This document shows positions 51,457 through 58,666 of a DNA stretch of 64,000 bases, one piece after another. The translations under genes and the position numbers were made by a program. The stretch is from NCBI GenBank assembly GCA_018402685.1, contig JAGYIJ010000003.1, positions 49,968-113,967 of the forward strand. Reading direction: 5' to 3'. Every line of letters begins with the position of its first letter. Positions within the stretch are counted from its first letter, which is position 1. This stretch comes from Aquiluna sp. (GTDB taxonomy: Bacteria > Actinomycetota > Actinomycetes > Actinomycetales > Microbacteriaceae). The notes under the pieces were generated by a model, which saw only the letters and a program-made list of their open reading frames with translations, was not told the origin of the DNA and ran no database searches.

Positions 51457-51839
51457 AGCGTCGCGTCTTTGATGAACGGCAGCCCAAGGCCCAAGAGCCG
51501 AAGGTCCGCGGTGTAGAAGTCGCATCCTGCGCTCTGCGCCTGTGCGACGAGCATCCAATCAAAAGGGTCTGTCTTAACAAGGGCGGTGAAATTTTTGGCA
51601 CATTCGCTTGCCTCTTGTGAGAACTGGAGTTCAGTGAACGCCAATTCCGATGATCGATGTTGAAAATCTTCAGGCAGTTTTGGAGCTCTGCCACTCATGA
51701 ATGCCATGTTCAATTCGAATGTACTTATTGGTGAAAAGTAGACCCAGCCAGCGGATTCCAAGCGGCGCTTTAGTTGCTTTCCAAGTCTCTCTGGACTAGC
51801 CAGTGCCCAAATCAACGCATGGGAATCCAACAGAATCAC
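51453..51839 (-). CDS. vapC: PIN-domain VapC-family toxin
   Basis: Start set at the GTG at 51839 (ILLDSHALIWAL...), giving a GTGA overlap with the antitoxin stop. Paralog of 52246-52629. Confidence 0.75.
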   Translation of the reverse strand: MILLDSHALIWALASPERLGKQLKRRLESAGWVYFSPISTFELNMAFMSGRAPKLPEDFQHRSSELAFTELQFSQEASECAKNFTALVKTDPFDWMLVAQAQSAGCDFYTADLRLLGLGLPFIKDATL

Positions 51840-52093
51840 TTCTCTTCCCCAAACAAACTGGCCTTCCACTCGGGGAAGACTTCAAACCAATCAATCGCGT
51901 CAAAGTCAACATCTTCCCAACCCTTCATTTCCTCCCTGAATGCGCCAAGTTTGAGTTTCGGAGTTAGGTACGGAACCACCTTTGCGATCGGCTTACCGTT
52001 TCGGGTGACAACGAGTTCGTCACCTGCTTCAACGAGACCCAGGTGCTGGGAAAGTTTGGACTTGAAGTCGTAGACGCTGACAAATTTCTCCAT
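51836..52093 (-). CDS. Phd/YefM-family antitoxin
   Basis: Start trimmed to MEKFVSVYDFKSKLSQHL...VVTRNGKPIAKVV. TTGACC-N17-TACGCT promoter-like hexamers at 52100-52128 leave 6 nt to the ATG, which would give a leaderless mRNA. Confidence 0.75.
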   Translation of the reverse strand: MEKFVSVYDFKSKLSQHLGLVEAGDELVVTRNGKPIAKVVPYLTPKLKLGAFREEMKGWEDVDFDAIDWFEVFPEWKASLFGEEK

Positions 52094-52189
52094 GGGCTCA
52101 GCGTAGGTATTCTGACTAGTTTGGTCAAGTATTGGAATCATGAGATCAAACTATCCAAGATCGTCATGCTCAGGGCAGCTGGTTTTGCA

Positions 52190-52203
52190 ATCTGTGGATA
52201 ACT
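52190..52203 (-). promoter_or_regulatory. 14-mer AGTTATCCACAGAT (DnaA-box containing), copy 3
   Basis: Exact copy, 96 nt upstream of the antitoxin ATG at 52093, in operon orientation. Confidence 0.6.
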
Positions 52204-52245
52204 AGGGTTTAAGGAGGGCTGTTAGGAACTAAAGAGCTGAGCGGC

Positions 52246-52629
52246 CTATTTGGTCGAGTCTTTTACAAAGTCCAGGCCCAAGCTCAAAAGTCTTCGGTCC
52301 GAGGTGTAGAGGTCCATGTCAGCCTGTGCTGCCTGAGAAAGAATCAGGAAATCCAGCGGGTCTGAGCCTCGAAGTGAACCAAATCTTTGAGCTTCCAACG
52401 CTGCTCTTGCGCTCAGTGGGAGCTCTTCGATTCCGGCCGCAATGGTGGCGGCGGCTAACATCTTGGCAGTTGTTCCCAGGTAATCGTCTTTTTGAAGCCA
52501 CTCAAAAAAAGTGATTGGTGAAAAGAAGAGACCCTTGGCGCTTTCTAGTTTTCGAACTGTCTGCTTTCCGAGTAGGGAGGGGCGAGTGTGTAAGTTGTTC
52601 AGAACGTTGGTGTCGAGCAAAATTCTCAT
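52246..52629 (-). CDS. vapC: PIN-domain VapC-family toxin
   Basis: 127 aa. MRILLDTNVL...; paralog of 51453-51839. Confidence 0.8.
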   Translation of the reverse strand: MRILLDTNVLNNLHTRPSLLGKQTVRKLESAKGLFFSPITFFEWLQKDDYLGTTAKMLAAATIAAGIEELPLSARAALEAQRFGSLRGSDPLDFLILSQAAQADMDLYTSDRRLLSLGLDFVKDSTK

Positions 52630-52889
52630 AGTTCAATCTCGTTTAGATTGCGACGCCATTGATCCCAAGCCTCAGCCATGTGGCTGGTGTCATCGAAATC
52701 AATCTCCAGCCACTCTTTTGGCACCTTGCCGACAAGCGCACCAAAAACCAACTGCGGCTTCTGATATTTGATGATCTTTGCTACCGGTTTACCGTGCTTG
52801 GTGATTGTGATCTCGTCGCCTCTTATGGCGTCCTCTACTAGCGCGGAGAATTGGGATTTTGCCTCTGTCAGGCTCACTGTTTTATCCAT
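52626..52889 (-). CDS. Phd/YefM-family antitoxin
   Basis: 87 aa. MDKTVSLTEAKSQFSALVEDAIRGDEITITKHGKPVAKII. Confidence 0.8.
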   Translation of the reverse strand: MDKTVSLTEAKSQFSALVEDAIRGDEITITKHGKPVAKIIKYQKPQLVFGALVGKVPKEWLEIDFDDTSHMAEAWDQWRRNLNEIEL

Positions 52890-52903
52890 TCCAAGAGTCT
52901 AAG

Positions 52904-52930
52904 GATTTCTGGTCATTTTGACCAGAAATC
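52904..52930. promoter_or_regulatory. Perfect inverted repeat GATTTCTGGTCA-N3-TGACCAGAAATC, candidate Phd operator between -35 and -10
   Basis: 12-3-12 palindrome. A TAGACT -10-like hexamer (52896-52901) leaves 6 nt to the ATG at 52889, which would give a leaderless mRNA. Confidence 0.55.
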
Positions 52931-52985
52931 TTGTTGCCCTTCAAAACTAACCCTTGGGCAGATTCCCTTGCTGAGCCCTATCAGA

Positions 52986-52999
52986 ATCTGTGGATAACT
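52986..52999 (-). promoter_or_regulatory. 14-mer AGTTATCCACAGAT (DnaA-box containing), copy 4
   Basis: Exact copy, 96 nt upstream of the antitoxin ATG at 52889, in operon orientation. Confidence 0.6.
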
Positions 53000-53120
53000 G
53001 GCGCCTCTGCAAGTCTGTGAATAGAGCGGCGAACGCTCACTAAACTGGAGTGATTCACGCAGTGCGGCGCGATTATTAATCCATCCCGAAACTGGAAACC
53101 CAGCAAACCGAAGGGGACAA

Positions 53121-53366
53121 GTGCCAAAGATCATCGTCGAGATCATGCCAAAGCAGGATCTTCTAGACCCGCAGGGAAAAGCAGTTGCAAACGCACTGCA
53201 CCGCTCCGGCCACAAAGACATCGTGAACGCAAGAATTGGTAAGCGCATCGAGCTTCACTTCGACCGTGAGATCACCGAGCAAGACCTAAAGGACGCCCAA
53301 GATCTAGCATCAAGCTTTCTCTCTAACGACGTCATCGAAGATGTCGTGCAAATCAGCAAGGCATAG
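53121..53366 (+). CDS. purS: Phosphoribosylformylglycinamidine synthase subunit PurS
   Basis: 81 aa. GTG start. PKIIVEIMPKQDLLDPQGKAV. Confidence 0.9.
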   Translation: MPKIIVEIMPKQDLLDPQGKAVANALHRSGHKDIVNARIGKRIELHFDREITEQDLKDAQDLASSFLSNDVIEDVVQISKA

Positions 53367-53369
53367 CCG

Positions 53370-54066
53370 ATGAAGATTGGCGTAATCACATATCCAGGAA
53401 CCCTCGACGACCGCGATGCGCAGCGCGCGGTGCGCCTCGCTGGCGGCACGCCTGTCCCGCTTTGGCATGCAGACTCCGACATCAAAAAGGTCGATGCGGT
53501 TGTTCTCCCCGGTGGCTTTTCCTATGGCGATTACCTTGCGCTGCGGAGCCATCGCAGCTAAGGCTCCCGCCACCCAAGAGGTAATCAGGCTCGCGGCGCA
53601 GGGCCTGCCTGTTCTTGGCATCTGCAATGGCTTCCAGGTCCTGGTTGAATCACACCTCTTGCCAGGTGGACTAATTAGAAACGAACACCAGCACTTTATT
53701 TGCCGCGACCAGAAACTGCGCGTCGAGAACAACGAGACCGCATGGACCTCACTGTTCGAAAAAGACGAAGAGATCACCATCCCACTAAAGAACGGCGAGG
53801 GCGGCTACATCGCAAACCCTGACACTTTGAAGATGCTCGAGGAAGAGAACCGGGTGGTCTTTAGGTATTTGGATGTGAACCCCAATGGTTCGATGAACGA
53901 CATTGCCGGGCTCACCAATGAGCGAGGCAATGTCGTTGGCCTGATGCCTCACCCCGAGCACGCAGTGGAGCCAGGCTTCGGCCCTGACACCCCAATCGCA
54001 ACCAGATCAGGCATCGATGGCCTCAAGTTCTTCCAGTCGGTACTGAAGGTTTTGGTGAACAGCTAA
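53370..54066 (+). CDS. purQ: Phosphoribosylformylglycinamidine synthase glutaminase subunit PurQ, broken by a 1-nt frameshift
   Basis: ORFs 53370-53561 ([16 protein letters not shown]...[10 protein letters not shown]) and 53416-54066 (...[10 protein letters not shown]...GICNGFQ...HPEH). Removing the extra nt at about 53538 gives GDYLRCGAIA. Confidence 0.9.
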
Positions 54067-56362
54067 TGGAATCAAGGCGCCCAACAAACGTTGACACCGT
54101 GACTGATGCCAGCCAAGACCAGAGTAAGTCTCAGCCCTGGAAAGAGCTGGGTCTCAAACAAGACGAATACGAGAGCATCAGAGAGATTCTTGGTAGGAGA
54201 CCAACCTCTTCAGAGCTAGCGATGTATTCGGTGATGTGGTCCGAGCACTGCAGCTACAAATCATCGAAGATCTACCTCCGCCAGTTTGGCGAGAAGGTCA
54301 CCCCCGAGATGAAAAAAGACCTCATGGTCGGCATGGGTGAAAACGCAGGTGTTGTCGACATCGGCGAGGGCATGGCGGTGACCTTCAAGGTCGAAAGCCA
54401 CAACCACCCCAGCTACATCGAGCCCTTCCAGGGAGCAGCCACCGGTGTTGGTGGCATCGTTAGAGACATTTTGACCATGGGTGCAAGACCAATTGCCGTC
54501 ATGGACCAGCTGAGATTTGGAGCGCCATCAGACCCCGACACCGCAAGAGTCGTGCATGGCGTTGTTGACGGCATCTCCTTCTATGGCAACTGCCTCGGAC
54601 TTCCAAACATTGGTGGCGAGACTGTCTTTGACAAGGTCTACCAGGGCAACCCACTTGTGAATGCACTTGGCCGTTGGCGCCATGAAACACGAGGATCTAA
54701 AGCTTGCCAAGGCAACCAATGCCGGCGACCTAGTGATTCTCTTTGGTGCCAGGACCGGTGCCGACGGCATCGGTGGCGTGAGCGTGCTTGCCTCAGAAAC
54801 CTTTGCCGATGGCGGTCCAACCAAGCGCCCAGCTGTTCAGGTTGGTGACCCATTTGCCGAGAAGGTGCTAATTGAGTGCTGCCTAGAGCTCTTTGAAGCA
54901 GGCGTGGTTGCAGGTATTCAGGACCTTGGTGGTGCCGGTATCTCCTGCGCCACAAGTGAGCTTGCCTCTAACGGCGGTATGGGCATGAGGGTGCAGTTGC
55001 AAGATGTGCTACTTCAGAGACGACTCGCTAACCCCAGAAGAGATTCTGATGAGCGAGTCTCAAGAGCGCATGATGGCAATCGTTCCCAAAAAGCACCTCA
55101 AAGACTTTGAGAAGATCGTAAACAAGTGGGAGGTCGAGTACTCGGTACTTGGCGAGGTCATCGACGAGGACCGGTTGTATATCAACTGGGGCGATCAAGA
55201 GATCGTCAACGTACCCCCAAGAACCGTTGCCCACGATGGCCCGGTCTACACTCGCCCAGTTGAATACCCCAAATACCAAGACGCCCTAAACGCCGACAGC
55301 TCAGACCGACTTGAACGAGCAAAAGACGCAACCGAGCTGGCGACCCAGCTGTTGCAGATTCTTAGCTCTCCTAACCAGGCAGACAAGAGCTGGATCACCG
55401 CGCAGTATGACAAGTACGTCATGGGCAACACCGCGCTTTCGATGCCAGATGATGCCGGCATGGTCAGGGTGAATGAAGACTCTGGTCTGGGCATCACCAT
55501 TGCAACCGATGCCAACGGCAAGTACTGCCAGCTAAACCCCTATGAGGGCACCAAGCAGGCACTTGCCGAGGCCTATAGAAACGTTGCAGTAACTGGTGCA
55601 ACACCAAAGGCCGTCACCAACTGCCTCAACTTTGGTTCTCCTGAGAACCCAGAGGTGATGTGGCAGTTCAAGGAAGCCACCGCAGGCTTAGCCGATGGCT
55701 GCATGGAGCTGGGAATCCCGGTTACCGGCGGAAACGTCAGCTTCTACAACCAAACCGGTGATGTTGCCATCTACCCAACTCCGGTAGTTGGTGTCTTAGG
55801 TGTGATTGACGATGTTGCAAGACGCATCCCATCTGGTTGGCAAGACGATGGCAACAACATCTACCTGCTCGGCACCACCATGGATGAACTAGATGGCTCT
55901 GCCTGGGCAGAGACCATCCACTCTCACCTCGGTGGTCAGCCTCCAAGGGTTGATCTCCAAAAAGAGAAGCAGCTTGCAGAGCTACTGCAGGGTGCTGCAG
56001 TGCAAGGCTTGATTGAATCTGCCCACGATGTCTCAGAGGGCGGTCTCGCGGTTGCAGTTGCAGAGAGCGCACTGAGATTCAACGTTGGAGCCAGAATCTG
56101 GATCGAAGAGCTCAAAGACCGCGACCAGCTTGATGACACCGCAGCCCTGTTCTCTGAATCTCAAGGAAGAGTCATCGTGACCGTAGGCCGGGAAGACGAC
56201 GTGAAGTTCCAGGGTCTTTGTGAAGCAAGGGGCGTTCCAGTACTCCGCATCGGCGTCACCGATAAAGAGTCAGAGGCGTTGAACATTCAGGGCATTGCAG
56301 AGATTCCACTGAATGACGTTAGGTCTGGTTGGGCTAAGACTTTGACTGAGTTGTTTGGGTAA
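54066..56362 (+). CDS. purL: Phosphoribosylformylglycinamidine synthase subunit PurL, broken by two 1-nt frameshifts
   Basis: ORFs 54066-54848, 54661-55110 and 55004-56362. Junction 1 is an extra G at 54669/54670 (expected [16 protein letters not shown]). Junction 2 is near 55014 (expected ...[24 protein letters not shown]). Confidence 0.9.
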
Positions 56363-56390
56363 AAAAGCCTGACTAACCCAATAATCCATC

Positions 56391-56410
56391 TTGAGGGGAT
56401 AGCACCTCAA
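56391..56410. promoter_or_regulatory. Palindromic box A, TTGAGGGGATAGCACCTCAA
   Basis: One of four copies of TTGAGGGG-N4-C(A/C)CCTCAA. 71 nt upstream of the paralog 1 ATG. Confidence 0.6.
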
Positions 56411-56481
56411 CCCAGGACCCTACAGGCCACTATTTAGCTCTCTTGCACCACACTTTATTGAAGCTTTAGGGAGTGTGAGTA

Positions 56482-57212
56482 ATGCGTTTAAGGCCCTTTA
56501 TGGGTGGGATGGTCCTAAGTGCCAGCCTTCCCATGATGGGCATCACCACTTCTCCCCCAGCTCCCAGCCACGCAGATGTCAGTATCTCTGTTAGCGCAGC
56601 TGAAAGCTGCGTTTGGTACATGGAGAATCTGCCATCGGTGATCAACATGCAGTCAGAGACTAAGTACAAGGGTGAGCCCTTGTTGGTCTCTGCAACGATT
56701 AGCCCGGCCCTTGGGTTTTCCGGTGACCCGGAAGTTCCCGGCTACTCCACGGCATGCAGCTTCTTCAACTCATCCTTCACGACCAAAAAGATGCAGGTAG
56801 CGATCGACAGTTCCCAGTTCGAGGCAACTTATGGTGGGACTACGGACGAAAGCCTTAGCTTTGGGTTGGACGAGAGACCCCTGTCAGTTGAAGTATCAAA
56901 CGTTGACCAAGAGTGCCAGAACGTTACTGGGATGCCACTAACGGTTCCAGCTAATTTTGGCTGGGGAAGAAACAAATCTGCTACCTCAACCGCTTTAGAT
57001 GTTGTTGCCTATTCGGATGTTCCGGATTGAAGAACTTCTTCCCCTCGGGCAATTCTGCAAAATGCTCACCAGAGCTGGAGTTTGAGGTTGAGATAAGCAG
57101 CGCACAATCAGGCCCCCCGGATGGAGCTGGTCAGACATACGTATTCACCGGTCCTAGCATTACCTTCAGCATGGAGAATGTTGCAAACACTTATGGCACC
57201 GTTGCAGAGTAG
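56482..57212 (+). CDS. Secreted four-Cys WxL-like surface protein, paralog 1 (broken by a 1-nt frameshift near 57026-57029)
   Basis: Sec signal peptide (..SHA/DV). ORFs 56482-57030 and 57027-57212 together align along the full length of paralog 2 (CVWYMENLP, CSFFNSS, KCSPELEFEVEI, GQTYVFTGPSITF). Confidence 0.7.
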
Positions 57213-57233
57213 TCACTCAGTGCCTTTAGAACT

Positions 57234-57614
57234 TTGGCCCCGGATCCCACAGCAGAATTGACATCGAGAACGCACTCCAACACCGAAGAAACCTTTAAAT
57301 TTTCTGTCGACTCAGCTGAGCGCATTTACGACGGATCCCTCTATGGAACAGCCGCGGAGTTCAGGTTCGTGCCCCAGAATAACCCGACCTGGTACTTTAC
57401 CCGGACGGCTTGGACAAACAACCCAAGAAAGAGCTTTGGATTTAACATAGAACGGACCTTTAGCAGAGATGGAAAGCCCTTTACGACTTGGGTTTCGGTC
57501 GACTATCGAATTGATTACCGCTACCCAGGAACGGATTGGGTCATCGGTGCAGCTAACCAAACACGGGAAAGTGACCCAAAAAGTGTCTATCGGGTAATGA
57601 ATGCTGAACCTTAG
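57234..57614 (+). CDS. Hypothetical protein, no signal peptide, TTG start only
   Basis: 126 aa, W/Y/F/R-rich, beta-strand-like composition. In the same frame as the paralog 1 C-part, separated by one TAG (57210-57212). No ATG or RBS seen. Confidence 0.3.
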   Translation: MAPDPTAELTSRTHSNTEETFKFSVDSAERIYDGSLYGTAAEFRFVPQNNPTWYFTRTAWTNNPRKSFGFNIERTFSRDGKPFTTWVSVDYRIDYRYPGTDWVIGAANQTRESDPKSVYRVMNAEP

Positions 57615-57691
57615 CAATTCCGCGCACGAGCGCAGCGCAAACCGCTTATTCGCAGGGTCTTGCAGCGCGCGTGCAGAGAAACAGATAATGC

Positions 57692-57711
57692 CTGAGGGGA
57701 TAGCACCTCAA
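57692..57711. promoter_or_regulatory. Palindromic box B, CTGAGGGGATAGCACCTCAA
   Basis: 19/20 identical to box A. 70 nt upstream of the paralog 2 ATG. Confidence 0.6.
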
Positions 57712-57781
57712 AAAAGCTGACCTCTGATGACCAAGCCCCGATCCAGAGCGATAATTAAGCCATCTCAAGAGAGTGTGAGCT

Positions 57782-58495
57782 ATGCATTTAAGACCTTTGG
57801 CAGGTGTGGTGGCGATAGTTGCCAGCTTTCAAATGCTGGGCCTTGCGATTTCTACCCCTCCCAGTCACGCCAATGTCAGCATCTCGGTGAGTGCTGCTGA
57901 GAGCTGCATTTGGTACCTTGAAAATGTCCCCACGGGAATAAACCTCGAATCTGAAACCAAGTACAAAGGCCAACCAATCAGTATTTCCGGAACTATCAGT
58001 GCAGCAATTGGTTTCTCCGGAAATGCTGACGTGCCGGACTACGCCACTCAATGCAGCTTCTTCAACTCATCCCTGACCACAAAGAAACTCACCGTTTCGC
58101 TTGTTGGAAGTGAGTTCAGAGCAACCTACAACGGCACAATAGACGACAGCATGGGCTTTGGTGTGGATGAGCGTCCACTCGTTCTTGAAACCTCGAGTGG
58201 CGCTGCAAACTGCCCTCAGGTTGAGGGCCTTCCCGCTACAGTTCAAGCAAGCTGGAAATGGGGACCGATTTCGAACATAGATGACCTCGAACGCTCATTT
58301 GATCTGGTTACGTATTCGAGTACCCCAAATGTTGGTGAAAAGAATCACTTTCTTTCCGGGGAGGCTGCGAAGTGCGCACCAGAAGTAGAGCTCTCGGTCG
58401 AGATTCGAAGCACACAACAAGGCCCTCCAGAAGGTGCCGGTCTTACATACCTCTTTGAAGGTCCGAGTCTGACCTTCGCCCTAAACGACAACTAA
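57782..58495 (+). CDS. Secreted four-Cys WxL-like surface protein, paralog 2
   Basis: 237 aa. Signal peptide (..SHA/NV). N-terminal CIWYLENVP (W-x-L...P) and C-terminal TYLFEGPSLTF (Y-x-F..GP) motifs. Four conserved Cys. Confidence 0.8.
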   Translation: MHLRPLAGVVAIVASFQMLGLAISTPPSHANVSISVSAAESCIWYLENVPTGINLESETKYKGQPISISGTISAAIGFSGNADVPDYATQCSFFNSSLTTKKLTVSLVGSEFRATYNGTIDDSMGFGVDERPLVLETSSGAANCPQVEGLPATVQASWKWGPISNIDDLERSFDLVTYSSTPNVGEKNHFLSGEAAKCAPEVELSVEIRSTQQGPPEGAGLTYLFEGPSLTFALNDN

Positions 58496-58560
58496 GTTGC
58501 CTTCCCTACATGCGCCCCAATCGCTCTGTTCCTGAGATCCAAAACAGGCCCGCGTAAACC

Positions 58561-58580
58561 GTGAGGGGTTAGCACCTCAA
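58561..58580. promoter_or_regulatory. Palindromic box C, GTGAGGGGTTAGCACCTCAA
   Basis: 18/20 identical to box A. 86 nt upstream of the paralog 3 ATG. Confidence 0.6.
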
Positions 58581-58624
58581 ATCTCAGAAATCCCCTAGGT
58601 GAAGCGGATACGGGCTGTTTGTAT

Positions 58625-58650
58625 CGTGTTAACACGAACCGTGTTAACAC
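58625..58650. promoter_or_regulatory. Two tandem palindromes (C)GTGTTAACAC(G), 15 bp apart
   Basis: GTGTTAACAC at 58626-58635 and 58641-58650, 16-40 nt upstream of the paralog 3 ATG. Absent upstream of paralogs 1 and 2. Confidence 0.45.
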
Positions 58651-58666
58651 CAACTAAGGAGACCTA

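Noticed and set aside
52990-53120. Possible ZTP (pfl) riboswitch upstream of purS, because of an ACTGGCG element at 52995-53001
   Set aside because: I did not find the other conserved parts of the motif, in particular the 3' CCGCCTGGGC pseudoknot partner. The ACTGGCG overlaps the TA-associated 14-mer.
52913-53248. 111-aa minus-strand ORF upstream of and overlapping purS
   Set aside because: It overlaps the well-supported purS start and spans the TA operator and 14-mer region. No motifs or RBS were seen.
33699-57212. In-frame TAG codons (33699-33701, 33831-33833, 57210-57212) as possible stop-codon recoding or read-through
   Set aside because: TAG is used as an ordinary stop by many intact genes here (for example ppa, gcvP, hutG and DUF779 copy 1). 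No Pyl machinery was seen. Paralog 1 ends at the TAG exactly where paralog 3 ends.
57615-57691. GC-rich imperfect inverted repeats (GCGCACGAGCGCAGCGC ... TGCAGCGCGCGTGC) as a terminator after ORF 57234-57614
   Set aside because: I could not draw a convincing continuous stem by eye, and no T-tract follows.
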